The notes beneath the pieces were generated by a model. The model searched no databases. It saw nothing but the letters and a program-made list of their open reading frames with translations, and was not told the origin of the DNA. Source: a virus (lineage: Duplodnaviria > Heunggongvirae > Uroviricota > Caudoviricetes). Taken from it: a DNA stretch of 64,000 nucleotides. The stretch lies in the IMG/VR virus record IMGVR_UViG_3300021400_000055, positions 12,908 through 76,907 of that record; one strand, 5' to 3'. Positions 19,062 through 28,823 of this stretch are shown here, piece by piece. Each line of letters begins with the position of its first letter. Within the stretch, counting starts at the first letter, position 1. The position numbers and the translations under genes were made by a program.

Positions 19062-19404
19062 ATATTATTTTGAACAAGGAGGTGGAAAAAGATTGGAACC
19101 CAAAGAAACTATAGAGCCTAAACTTCATGTTGGAGACAAATTATTTAGAGTAGGTCGAGATGGTATAGACGAAGTGAGAATCATAAGAGTTGATTCTTAT
19201 CCGACTCATTGTGTGTACAAAGATGACCATGGGCACTCTTATTTTGACCATACTATAAATAAAAGTTGCTTTAAAACATTAGAGGAAGCTGAAAAAGAAG
19301 TACAAAAAAGACAAAACATACTCAAAAAAAGAAAATTATTAAAAGAGTATGAGATACAACTTAATCATGAGATGGGTATAGAAAACCACTTCATCGTAAA
19401 ATAA
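19051..19404 (+). CDS. hypothetical protein
   Basis: ATG at 19051 with GAAGGAGGTG RBS (track ORF starts earlier on TTG). Confidence 0.4.
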   Translation: MRHRYYFEQGGGKRLEPKETIEPKLHVGDKLFRVGRDGIDEVRIIRVDSYPTHCVYKDDHGHSYFDHTINKSCFKTLEEAEKEVQKRQNILKKRKLLKEYEIQLNHEMGIENHFIVK

Positions 19405-19423
19405 TTAAAAAATAATAGGAGGA

Positions 19424-20290
19424 TTGAAATTTATGGAAGAAAGAGGAGAAAGTGTAGCATACAATGTATATACTACAAGAGATTATAGTTTATTCAAAAG
19501 ATTAACAGGTAATAGAGATATACCCGAAAGCAGAATATCAAAAATAGTAGATAGTATTCAAAAAATAGGTTGGATACACAATCCAATAGTTGTAAATGAA
19601 AGTATGGAAGTAATCGATGGTCAAGGAAGATTGACCGCACTTCAAAGATTAAAAATGCCTGTGGAATATATAATAGCTCCAGGAGCAGGTACAAGAGAAT
19701 GCGTATATATGAATATGAATATGGTTAACTGGAAACTACCAGACTTTATTAAATCTTATGCTGAGCAAGGAAACGAGAATTATCAAAGATTACTTGCACT
19801 TATGGAAAAGTACGCAAACGGTAACTTAGATATTATATCAACAGCAGTGTATAGAGTTTCAAAATCTAAACACAGAGACATCAAAGAGGGTATACTTCAA
19901 TTAACAGAAGACCAATACAGGGCAGCAATCCCTAGATTAGAATATATCAAACCATTATTAGAGAAAATAGACGAAAAGAAAATACCTGGAAGTTTAGTGA
20001 CCTTAATGCAAACTGTTATATATTACTTTGATTATGAAGAAGTAGACAAAGCTAGATTAGCTTATAGTGTAGAAAAATATATTTATAATGCAACTCCGTG
20101 GGTATTGAATACTGACTGTGAAAGAGAAGTAGAAAATGCTTATAATTATAATATGAAATTAGAGGATAAAATCTCAATAGCACACTTAGTTAAAGAAGAA
20201 AGAATGAGAAGACAGTTAGAATTAAATAAAGCTAATAGAGAAAGAGCTTTTGAAAGAACACAAAAAGGAATACAGGGATTCATAAAATAA
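19424..20290 (+). CDS. ParB-like nuclease domain protein
   Basis: VIDGQGRLTAL resembles ParB/Srx DGQHR motif. Confidence 0.5.
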   Translation: MKFMEERGESVAYNVYTTRDYSLFKRLTGNRDIPESRISKIVDSIQKIGWIHNPIVVNESMEVIDGQGRLTALQRLKMPVEYIIAPGAGTRECVYMNMNMVNWKLPDFIKSYAEQGNENYQRLLALMEKYANGNLDIISTAVYRVSKSKHRDIKEGILQLTEDQYRAAIPRLEYIKPLLEKIDEKKIPGSLVTLMQTVIYYFDYEEVDKARLAYSVEKYIYNATPWVLNTDCEREVENAYNYNMKLEDKISIAHLVKEERMRRQLELNKANRERAFERTQKGIQGFIK

Positions 20291-20308
20291 AACAGGAGGA
20301 ATTATACA

Positions 20309-20650
20309 ATGAGTCATTGGACACATATAACAGCTTGTCTTAGTGTTGAAACAGGTGTTGTTGCTAAGAAACCTCAATTATTAAAATATGTGAAAAAATA
20401 TTTAAAAGATGCTCCAAAAATAACAGGAAGTGAAGCAAATGCAGATGTATTTGTGAATGTTCAAACAGGGTATGATTTTTTTAGTAACGAAGGTAATTTT
20501 CAAACACGTGTTACAATTTCTGTGCAAGGAGATTTACGAGATAGAATGAAACCACAGACACTAGAAGAATTTAATAATTTTTTAGAATACGTGGGTAAAT
20601 TGGGATATGTTAGAGATTATTCTTTGAATATAGAAGGGGATCCGAAATGA
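20309..20650 (+). CDS. hypothetical protein
   Basis: ORF. Confidence 0.4.
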   Translation: MSHWTHITACLSVETGVVAKKPQLLKYVKKYLKDAPKITGSEANADVFVNVQTGYDFFSNEGNFQTRVTISVQGDLRDRMKPQTLEEFNNFLEYVGKLGYVRDYSLNIEGDPK

Positions 20651-21018
20651 AATCGAAAAAATATAAAGAAATATTCAAGTTAAAGAAAATGTTAGAAGAC
20701 GCAGAAATTCCATTTAGTTGGAATGAAGGTTGGGGTTATGGAAAAGAAAGATATAAAGAGTTAAGTATGATCCCTGGTTTGGAACATTATCAAATATGTT
20801 ATCCAGTATTTGATTCTGATCATAGATGGATTTCTGTGATCGAAGGTTTTGGTACTCATGGAGCAGAACAAGACAAATTAGAAATTATGGGTGGTTTCAC
20901 TCCGTGGGAGAGATATGAACTAGATTTAAACGAAGATTGTGTTATGGGATATTTAACTGCTAATAATGTGTTTAATAGAATAAAGAAAAATTGGGAGGAA
21001 AGAAAAGATGAAAGATGA
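20647..21018 (+). CDS. hypothetical protein
   Basis: ORF. Confidence 0.4.
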   Translation: MKSKKYKEIFKLKKMLEDAEIPFSWNEGWGYGKERYKELSMIPGLEHYQICYPVFDSDHRWISVIEGFGTHGAEQDKLEIMGGFTPWERYELDLNEDCVMGYLTANNVFNRIKKNWEERKDER

Positions 21019-21337
21019 AGAATTTAGAGAAGTAGTACAATCAATGTTGAATTGCGAACCAGACGAATTTTATAAAAAATATAAAAAAATGAAAAAAGCA
21101 GAAGAAGAATTTAATAAATTATACGAACCTTTTAAAAAAGGATTGATTCAATTACACTCAGAGCATAATGATTTACCACACACAGTTGTAGTTGGAGGAG
21201 CAAAATTAACATATGTATCACCAAGCACTAGAACATCTATTGATAGTAAAAAATTAAAAGAGGAGGAACCTGAAATAGCTAAAAAATTCACTAAATCAAC
21301 CTTGGTGAGTGCTAGCGTAAGAATAGAGGAGGTGTAG
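21008..21337 (+). CDS. hypothetical protein
   Basis: ORF. Confidence 0.4.
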   Translation: MKDEEFREVVQSMLNCEPDEFYKKYKKMKKAEEEFNKLYEPFKKGLIQLHSEHNDLPHTVVVGGAKLTYVSPSTRTSIDSKKLKEEEPEIAKKFTKSTLVSASVRIEEV

Positions 21338-21340
21338 GAT

Positions 21341-21673
21341 ATGGGAGACAGAACTGCATATCAAAAAGAATACTATAGAAAAAATAAAGAAAAACGTAAA
21401 GAGTATTTTAAAAAGTATTATAAAGAAAATAAAGATCAGATAAAAGTACGTCATCAATTATATTATCAAGAAAACAAAGAAGCGTCCGCAAATACTTATG
21501 AAAAATATTACGAAGAGCATAAAGAAGAACGAAAAGAATACTATAAAGCACACTATGAAAAAAATAAAGAACGTAGACAAAAATATTATAAAGATTATTA
21601 TGCTAGAAAAAAAGCAGAAAAGGAGAGACAAAATGAAGACCAAGCTATACGATTATCAGGAGAAGACAGCTAA
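21341..21673 (+). CDS. Tyr/Lys/Glu-rich tandem-repeat protein
   Basis: about 6 degenerate repeats of YY..NKE.RKEY.KKYY. Confidence 0.4.
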   Translation: MGDRTAYQKEYYRKNKEKRKEYFKKYYKENKDQIKVRHQLYYQENKEASANTYEKYYEEHKEERKEYYKAHYEKNKERRQKYYKDYYARKKAEKERQNEDQAIRLSGEDS

Positions 21674-22997
21674 TGATATATTTAGACGTATTTGTGACCT
21701 CGAAATACATGGGGCGTATTTAGGTTTTGATACAGGAACTGGTAAAACGGTTACATCACTTTCTGTTGCTGAACAATTGCATAACTCGCATATTGCTGGA
21801 CCAGTTGTAGTTATATGTCCTGTATCAAAAGTTAATGATTGGAAACAAGATTTGAAAGAAGAAGTCCCACAGATAAAAGAAACGTTTGTTACATCTTTTC
21901 AAAGTGCGTGGAGAGAAAAAAGTTCTAAGACTATAACAGAATTATTAAGTAAAGATATAGGAATTCTTATTGTGGACGAAGGTCATAAAATGAAAACATA
22001 TGATTCTAAACAAAGTAAATATATCCAAAAAATAGTAATAGGTTACACACCTTATGTATTGGTTCTCAGTGCTACTCCACAAAATAAAAAATATATAGAT
22101 TTATACCCACAATATAAAGTATTAGGTAGTAAATTATTTAATATAAAAGCCAAAGACTTCAAAAGGGATTATTGTGTAGAAGCTCAAAATTGGAATTTAG
22201 TCAGAGCAGGTAAAGCACGTTTTCCATTTAATGAAATTGTAGGATATAGACAAACAGAAGCAATGGATAATGAAATAACAAAATATACATATTATAAAAA
22301 ATACGAGAGTGAATACGACCGTCCTATAGAAATACCTCAGTCTTTTAAAATGACATCTGATATGAAATATTTCAAAGAGAAGAAAGTATGGCCTAGAATG
22401 GACGAGAAATCATTTTTAAGCGCGTTAGAAAGTGGGGACGACAAATTACTCAACGAAGATATAATAATCGCAAATAGACCAACCTTACATCATATTTATA
22501 TGCGTGAAAGTTGTAGTGGATTTATTCAAGATAAATTTTTAAAAGATAATCCAAAGACACAGTGGTTAGAAGATTTTTTAGATGGTAACGAAGGACGTAT
22601 TGTGATATTCACTAATTTTATAAATGAAACCGTAATCATAAGTGAATTATGTAAAAAAATGAAACGTAGTTATTGCATATATGACGGAGCGAATAAAGAT
22701 TTAACAAAATGGGAAGCACGAGATGATTGTGTTGCTATCGTGAATATAGTAGCGGGAGGAGCAGGATTAAATAATTTCATAAAAACAAATATTGCTATAT
22801 TTTTTTCACCACCAGAAAATCATATAGATTTTGAACAAGCAAAAGGTCGTATTGATAGAATTGGACAAACAAAACAACCAGTATACTATTATCTTCAAAT
22901 AATGAATTCGGTTGAGCCAGCGATTTATAGAGTGTTAAAAGACGGTCAAGATTTTGATGATAAAATGTTTAATGGTTGGTTAGAAAAGGAGGGGTAA
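21633..22997 (+). CDS. SNF2-family DEAD/H helicase
   Basis: DYQ Q-motif, GTGKT Walker A, DEGHKMK Walker B, C-terminal helicase domain QAKGRIDRIGQ; start ATG at 21633 with AAAAGGAG RBS. Confidence 0.65.
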   Translation: MKTKLYDYQEKTANDIFRRICDLEIHGAYLGFDTGTGKTVTSLSVAEQLHNSHIAGPVVVICPVSKVNDWKQDLKEEVPQIKETFVTSFQSAWREKSSKTITELLSKDIGILIVDEGHKMKTYDSKQSKYIQKIVIGYTPYVLVLSATPQNKKYIDLYPQYKVLGSKLFNIKAKDFKRDYCVEAQNWNLVRAGKARFPFNEIVGYRQTEAMDNEITKYTYYKKYESEYDRPIEIPQSFKMTSDMKYFKEKKVWPRMDEKSFLSALESGDDKLLNEDIIIANRPTLHHIYMRESCSGFIQDKFLKDNPKTQWLEDFLDGNEGRIVIFTNFINETVIISELCKKMKRSYCIYDGANKDLTKWEARDDCVAIVNIVAGGAGLNNFIKTNIAIFFSPPENHIDFEQAKGRIDRIGQTKQPVYYYLQIMNSVEPAIYRVLKDGQDFDDKMFNGWLEKEG

Positions 22998-22998
22998 T

Positions 22999-23754
22999 AT
23001 GCCTAGGAAAAAGAAAGAAGAACCAGAGATATATCATGCCCCTTTTGGTTCTACTATAATACCACCATATCCCGAAATAGATTTAAGTCCTTATACGATT
23101 GAAACAACCACATTGGGTGATAGTCAAAGACGTTTTATAACTACAACCCACCCAGGAACTTCTATTACTTATACAGGTTCATATGGAGACTCGAAAACTA
23201 TATATTATCCTGCTGTTTCATATCCATCTATTGCTTCGTTTGGAGAAACCTCTATGTCTGGTCCTATTTCATATGAGGATTTGATGAGAAAGATGGGTAG
23301 AGAGGAGGAAACAAAAGTGGAACTCAGTGCAGAAGATTTTAAAAATGAGTATGTGGTGTGTTGTAAAAATACTCCAGATTTATTATCTGACCACATATTA
23401 ACAACATTGTCTGCAGCAAAAGGTAAATTAATGTTTGGAGTAGCACCAATTCATATAAAAGAAATTACTTGTAAAATGACACCAGAAGTAAGGCAAAATA
23501 TCGTAAATGCTAGCAAACGATTAAAGATGTATGGAAAAAAATCACCAATTGTACCTAGTTTTGATGAATACGGTAACAGATTACCTGACCAAATAGAAAT
23601 AGGCGATAATCGTGGGATAATAGTTCAGATTGTGGATCCAGAGGAATACGGAATGTTGTATTTTGAATTGACTGCTATAAAAATCCCTGATACGTACTAT
23701 AATCCTACGTGGTCTGGTGTAGATTGGACTGTTGATGGTAGTCTGCCTTTTTAA
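22999..23754 (+). CDS. hypothetical protein
   Basis: ORF. Confidence 0.4.
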   Translation: MPRKKKEEPEIYHAPFGSTIIPPYPEIDLSPYTIETTTLGDSQRRFITTTHPGTSITYTGSYGDSKTIYYPAVSYPSIASFGETSMSGPISYEDLMRKMGREEETKVELSAEDFKNEYVVCCKNTPDLLSDHILTTLSAAKGKLMFGVAPIHIKEITCKMTPEVRQNIVNASKRLKMYGKKSPIVPSFDEYGNRLPDQIEIGDNRGIIVQIVDPEEYGMLYFELTAIKIPDTYYNPTWSGVDWTVDGSLPF

Positions 23755-23773
23755 ATTTAAAATAAATTTTAAT

Positions 23774-23800
23774 TGAGGACAATAAAACTATTGTCCTTTT
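23774..23800 (+). terminator. rho-independent terminator
   Basis: aggacaata-aaact-attgtcct then TTT. Confidence 0.45.
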
Positions 23801-23842
23801 AGAATATGTATGTTATAATTACCCACGAAGGAGATATAAGAA

Positions 23843-24037
23843 ATGGGTAAATTGTTAGTATTTATTTTGATTTTAATCATTTTCAGTATAGTATGGTCTT
23901 TGCCACTTTGGATAGTTGTAAATCTTGTGTGTTGGGTATTTCATTTATCCTTCCATTTAACTATATTACAATCATTTGCATTATGTTTACTAGCGACTAC
24001 AATAAAACGATTGTTGTTCAAAAAGGAGGATAAATAA
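23843..24037 (+). CDS. small two-TM membrane protein
   Basis: two long hydrophobic helices, basic C-terminus. Confidence 0.35.
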   Translation: MGKLLVFILILIIFSIVWSLPLWIVVNLVCWVFHLSFHLTILQSFALCLLATTIKRLLFKKEDK

Positions 24038-24402
24038 TGTTTACATTTAAATCACCTGCAAATTCAAAGAATATTTGGACTTTATGTTTCAGAGATAGAA
24101 AAGAAATGAATGATATTTTCTATGAAGGTAGGCAACCAGAAGAAGAAACAAGATTACACGGAATAACAGAGTATATAACACAAACGATTTATATAGACAA
24201 AGAACTCGATGGATTTCTTTTAGGAAAAGCATTGCGACATGAATTAACACATATTTATTTATGGGAGACAGGACAGCAAGATCGTTGTATGAATGAAGAA
24301 GAACAATGTGATTTTTTAAGTGTTGCTGCTCCAGTGATAGTGAAAACAGCAAATGAAATAATGCTTAGATTACGAGAAGGGTGGTATAAACATGGCGAGT
24401 AA
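24037..24402 (+). CDS. HExxH zinc-metallopeptidase-like protein
   Basis: ALRHELTHIYLWE contains HExxH. Confidence 0.4.
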   Translation: MFTFKSPANSKNIWTLCFRDRKEMNDIFYEGRQPEEETRLHGITEYITQTIYIDKELDGFLLGKALRHELTHIYLWETGQQDRCMNEEEQCDFLSVAAPVIVKTANEIMLRLREGWYKHGE

Positions 24403-24706
24403 ATATGTACCTCATCGTGAAAAAGCGATTGAAAATGAAATCAAAGAATACATAACAAACTTAGGTGGATTATGTTATAAAATTCATGGAGGAGATTTGT
24501 ATCAAGAGACCGGTATTCCAGACTTATTATGTTGTTGGGGTGGTTTATTTTTTGGTATAGAAGTAAAAGACCCAGGAGGAAAAGCCAGTGCAATTCAATT
24601 AGCACAGGGACTTAGAATTAAAAAAGCAGGAGGACATTTTATTATAGCAAAAAGTCTTCAAGATGTAAAAGATTATATAGAAAAAGAGGGTTTGATAGGA
24701 TTATGA
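24392..24706 (+). CDS. VRR-NUC domain nuclease
   Basis: GIPDLLCCWGG...FGIEVK PD-(D/E)xK arrangement typical of VRR-NUC. Confidence 0.55.
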   Translation: MASKYVPHREKAIENEIKEYITNLGGLCYKIHGGDLYQETGIPDLLCCWGGLFFGIEVKDPGGKASAIQLAQGLRIKKAGGHFIIAKSLQDVKDYIEKEGLIGL

Positions 24707-24888
24707 GTATGTATGATAGAAGTTATTGTGCGACAAATTGTGATAGAAAAAACTGTGAACGTAATATTAAATTTAACAAACCTCATGCTAGAATTTACAC
24801 AGTTTCTGAACTTGATGTTGATTCACAAGACACAAAGCATATTAGATGTAAATACTTTTCGCCAATAGAGGAGGATTATGATGAATAG
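24703..24888 (+). CDS. hypothetical Cys-rich small protein
   Basis: ORF. Confidence 0.3.
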   Translation: MSMYDRSYCATNCDRKNCERNIKFNKPHARIYTVSELDVDSQDTKHIRCKYFSPIEEDYDE

Positions 24889-25135
24889 TGAGATACAAAA
24901 TTTGAAAAATAAAATAGCAGAGCAAAAAGAACAATTAGAAAATTTTGTTCCTCGTAGACGTGTACGCAGAATATATAAAATGTTAGGTAATATATTAGAT
25001 GAAAACACGGATACAATAAAATATGTTGATGTGTTGAAAGAATTTATAAATAAAATAGAAAAGGAAGGGAAAGCTGAAGCGAGGCAAGATATAAAAACTG
25101 CTATTGAGCATCTGCTATCAGTAAGAGAAAGATGA
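24878..25135 (+). CDS. hypothetical protein
   Basis: ORF. Confidence 0.35.
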   Translation: MMNSEIQNLKNKIAEQKEQLENFVPRRRVRRIYKMLGNILDENTDTIKYVDVLKEFINKIEKEGKAEARQDIKTAIEHLLSVRER

Positions 25136-25650
25136 TTTATTTCACAAGTGATTTACATTTAGGTCATAAAAATATTATTGAATATGAAGATAGACCTTGG
25201 AAAACAATAGAAGATATGACAGAGGGTATTATTCAAAACTGGAATGAGGTAGTTAGACCAAATGACGAAGTGTATATTTTAGGAGATTTTGCGTTTCAAA
25301 ATTCATATATGACTTGCGATTTAATCAATAAGATATTAGAAAGACTCAATGGATGTAAACATTTAATTATCGGTAATCACGATACATATATAAATAAAAC
25401 AGCATTTAATCCTAGATATTTGACCGAAATGGTATATTACAAAGAGTTAAAAATAGATGGTAAATTTGTGATTTTGTCGCATTATCCAATAGAAGATTGG
25501 AATGGTAAATATTATGGGTCAATACATTTACATGGTCACACACATAAACCAGATAGTCGTCCTGAAATAAATAGATACAATGTTGGATGTATGTTATATG
25601 ATTACAAACCAATAACATTAGATTATTTATTGAAAGGAGGACAAAGTTAA
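25132..25650 (+). CDS. calcineurin-like metallophosphoesterase
   Basis: DLHLGH, GDF, GNHD, GHTH motif series. Confidence 0.65.
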   Translation: MIYFTSDLHLGHKNIIEYEDRPWKTIEDMTEGIIQNWNEVVRPNDEVYILGDFAFQNSYMTCDLINKILERLNGCKHLIIGNHDTYINKTAFNPRYLTEMVYYKELKIDGKFVILSHYPIEDWNGKYYGSIHLHGHTHKPDSRPEINRYNVGCMLYDYKPITLDYLLKGGQS

Positions 25651-25865
25651 TGGCTACTCGTGTAAACAGGGAAATACAACCGTATGAAAAAATAGAAAAT
25701 ATTGTTATGGGAAAAATGTTTGAGCTAGAAAAGGAAAATGCACAATTAAAACAAGAATTAGCTTTAGTTAAAGCTAAACTCGAAGTTTATGAACGACTAG
25801 CCAACATATCTGGTACAAAAACACAATTGGGATTTGGACCACCAATAACAAGAAAGGAGGATTAA
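25650..25865 (+). CDS. hypothetical coiled-coil protein
   Basis: ORF. Confidence 0.35.
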   Translation: MATRVNREIQPYEKIENIVMGKMFELEKENAQLKQELALVKAKLEVYERLANISGTKTQLGFGPPITRKED

Positions 25866-25867
25866 TT

Positions 25868-26065
25868 ATGGTGACATTGCGAGGAGAAGGTTATAAAAAA
25901 ATAGAATACGCATTAAACGATACGATTCAAGAATGTGATAGAGAAATGTATATAGTAGAAATGCCATTGCTAATTTGTAATAGTAAAAAAGACGCAGAAT
26001 ATATGCAAAGGAAAATCAACACTTTTGTGGGAGAACTTAGTCATACTGTATTAAATAATATATGA
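25868..26065 (+). CDS. hypothetical protein
   Basis: ORF. Confidence 0.35.
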   Translation: MVTLRGEGYKKIEYALNDTIQECDREMYIVEMPLLICNSKKDAEYMQRKINTFVGELSHTVLNNI

Positions 26066-26184
26066 TATGGGGGTATAAGTTATGTGTAGAATATGTACTG
26101 GAACAGAATATGATAGAGATCATTGTGAAGTAGAAAAAAGAGGATGTCAAGGATGTGATCATTATAAAAAAGGAGGAAAAAAAG

Positions 26185-27351
26185 ATGAGCAGAAAACTAG
26201 CGAGTATTCAAAAAATAAAAGCAATTAAACCAATAGAAGGAGCTGATCGTATAGAATGTGTTCAAGTTTTAAATTGGGATTGTGTTGCTAAAAAAGGGGA
26301 ATATCAAGTAGGAGATTTAGTTATATATTTTGAAATTGATAGTTTACTTCCTGATATACCAATTTTTGAATTTTTAAAAGGTTCTTCTTGGTCACAAAAA
26401 CTGAATAAATATAAAATTTCAACACATAAATTTAGAAACCAAATATCTCAAGGACTGGTGATATCTTTAAACGAAATTTATGAAATATTGCAACAAATAG
26501 GTGTATATGAAAAAGAAGAATGTTTACCTGTGATATTTGATAAAGAATTAAAATTATTAGCTAAAAAAGACTTTTCGGTTCCAGATAACGTAATAGGATA
26601 TGATTTAACAGAATTACTTGGTGTAGAAAAATATGAGCCACCGGTTTCAAATGGATCTCTTGGAAATATAATTCATCATGAATGGTATGTACCGAAAACT
26701 GATGAAGAAAGAATTCAAGTTTGTGCAGAAGAAGTTTTACCAAAATATATTGAAAGTGAACAAGATTGGTGGTATGCAAGTATAAAACTAGACGGAACTT
26801 CGTGTACAGCCGGATTATTTAATGACGCATTTTTAATTGGTGGTAGAAATCAATGGTATAAAGATGAAAATATGTATACAACAACAGTTAATAAATATGG
26901 TGATTTGCGTGAAAAATTAAATCAACACTTAAAAGACACAGGGGAGTATTTAGTATTTCAAGGTGAATTATGTGGACCAGGTATCCAAGGAAATAAACTT
27001 GGATTAAAAGAAAAGGAATGGTTCATATTCAATGTATATACTAGTAAAACAGGCACTTATGATAGTTATGTAAAAATTGATATAGGTACAATGGTGGATA
27101 TATGCGGAGATTTCGGATTAAGAGTAGTACCTATTGTGGCTACTGCTGATAAATTTGATTTTAAAGAAAACACAGATATAGACACTGTTGTGGAGAATTT
27201 ATTAAAATATGCTGATACCTTCAGATATAGAAATTATTTTGAAAACGCTTCACCGAATCAAATAGCAGAAGGATTAGTATTTAGAATGAATGATATGACT
27301 AATTCATTTAAAGTCATATCAAATAAATTTTTATTGAAAGGTGGAGAATAA
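26185..27351 (+). CDS. ATP-dependent RNA ligase family protein (covalent nucleotidyltransferase, KxDG)
   Basis: Motif I SIKLDGTS; start MSRKLASIQ at 26185 with AAAGGAGGAAAAAAAG RBS; ligase vs capping enzyme not resolvable by eye. Confidence 0.5.
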   Translation: MSRKLASIQKIKAIKPIEGADRIECVQVLNWDCVAKKGEYQVGDLVIYFEIDSLLPDIPIFEFLKGSSWSQKLNKYKISTHKFRNQISQGLVISLNEIYEILQQIGVYEKEECLPVIFDKELKLLAKKDFSVPDNVIGYDLTELLGVEKYEPPVSNGSLGNIIHHEWYVPKTDEERIQVCAEEVLPKYIESEQDWWYASIKLDGTSCTAGLFNDAFLIGGRNQWYKDENMYTTTVNKYGDLREKLNQHLKDTGEYLVFQGELCGPGIQGNKLGLKEKEWFIFNVYTSKTGTYDSYVKIDIGTMVDICGDFGLRVVPIVATADKFDFKENTDIDTVVENLLKYADTFRYRNYFENASPNQIAEGLVFRMNDMTNSFKVISNKFLLKGGE

Positions 27352-27699
27352 ATGATTTTAACAGTTTATTTACATAGAACAAAGAAAAAAGATTTTCAAG
27401 TAGCAGATGCTTTTGATGTGAAAGTTGATTTGGATAATTTACCAGAAGACAAAAAAGATGACGTGGATTTCATAAACTTAGGTTTCAAAAACGATTGCCA
27501 AAAATTAGCTCATAATATACCTTGTATACAAAAATACGGTACAGCTTATATATCTTTTATGAGACCACAATTTGAAGGCGATGAAAAAGATAATGGTAAT
27601 GATAAAATTTATTTTGATAACAAAGAGATGTTATTTATGAAAAGAAAACCAAAGCGTGGTAGAAAAAAGAAAGCGGAGGTAACCGATGAAAAGAAATAA
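27352..27699 (+). CDS. hypothetical protein
   Basis: ORF. Confidence 0.4.
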   Translation: MILTVYLHRTKKKDFQVADAFDVKVDLDNLPEDKKDDVDFINLGFKNDCQKLAHNIPCIQKYGTAYISFMRPQFEGDEKDNGNDKIYFDNKEMLFMKRKPKRGRKKKAEVTDEKK

Positions 27700-28045
27700 A
27701 ATTATAGGTGTTGATTTTGATGGGACACTGGCTACTATCGTATCCCCTTATCCTAATATAGGAGAACCTATCCAAGAAGTTATAGATTATATATTAGAAG
27801 AACAAAAAAATGGAGCTTATTTAATTTTGGTAACCATGCGTGAAGGATTTGCTTTAGAAGGAGCACTTATGTGGTGCGAAGATCATGGTATAAAATTCAA
27901 TGCAGTAAATGATAATTTACCTCATATGAAAGATTGGTTTGGTACCAATCCTAGAAAAGTATTTTGTAATGAATACATTGATGACAATAATTTTGGTGGA
28001 ATTGAATATGTGATAAATGAAATCAGAAAAATGAAAGGGGAATAG
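27686..28045 (+). CDS. HAD-superfamily phosphatase-like protein
   Basis: IGVDFDGTLA matches HAD motif I DxDGT. Confidence 0.45.
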   Translation: MKRNKIIGVDFDGTLATIVSPYPNIGEPIQEVIDYILEEQKNGAYLILVTMREGFALEGALMWCEDHGIKFNAVNDNLPHMKDWFGTNPRKVFCNEYIDDNNFGGIEYVINEIRKMKGE

Positions 28046-28047
28046 TC

Positions 28048-28821
28048 ATGAAATATTGTTTTGGTACTGTCTGCTGGGGTGGATATTTAGAAAGATTTGT
28101 AGATATATTTGTTAATAATTATATTACTATTTTTCGTAGATTGACAAGTTTGGGTGTAAAATACGAAGACATCGCTGAACCTAGAATTGTATATGTGATT
28201 GGAGAAGATAAACCTGGGTCAACTACTGAAAATGCTATTAAAAAATTAGAAAGTATAACAGGTAAAAAATTAATACTTATATGTGATAAACATAAATACA
28301 CAGAACGCACAATTATGTATTCAACTAGAAATAAATTGAGAACTGAATTCAAAAAAGCTTATCCAACAGACAAAAAGGTGTATTTTTATTTTCCAATAGA
28401 TGATCATGTTAGATCAGAATTAGTAAATGAACTTTATAAGTTATCTAAAGAAATAGTTCCAACAGCGTGTATGTTTAAATTTATGGTAGCAGAAGGAGCA
28501 ATTAAATATTCTGCTGGTACTAGACCGATTTGTTCATATAAAGATATTCATCCTGGTGATTGGGGTGGATACTGTGCCTACAATATTTTAGATGAAGATA
28601 CTTGTCCATTGTATCCTAAAATTGATATACCTAATATTGCATTTTATGCAGAATTATATCGTGCTGGTTATACACAATATCAAAGTAAAGAAATATGCAT
28701 AGACCATTTAAGACATAGTGATAGTCATCATTTCAAAACAAAAGATACTGATATGACAGAAAGAGTTAAAGAATTTTTAATGACTCAGAGAAAAGATTTA
28801 AGCGAAAAGGGGTATAAATAA
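28048..28821 (+). CDS. hypothetical protein
   Basis: ORF. Confidence 0.4.
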   Translation: MKYCFGTVCWGGYLERFVDIFVNNYITIFRRLTSLGVKYEDIAEPRIVYVIGEDKPGSTTENAIKKLESITGKKLILICDKHKYTERTIMYSTRNKLRTEFKKAYPTDKKVYFYFPIDDHVRSELVNELYKLSKEIVPTACMFKFMVAEGAIKYSAGTRPICSYKDIHPGDWGGYCAYNILDEDTCPLYPKIDIPNIAFYAELYRAGYTQYQSKEICIDHLRHSDSHHFKTKDTDMTERVKEFLMTQRKDLSEKGYK

Positions 28822-28823
28822 AA

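Noticed and set aside
21498-21632. Long N-terminal extension of the SNF2 helicase ORF starting at 21498
   Set aside because: The extension is K/N-rich and is read through the repeat protein gene in another frame. The ATG at 21633 has a proper RBS and begins the conserved MKTKLYDYQ region.
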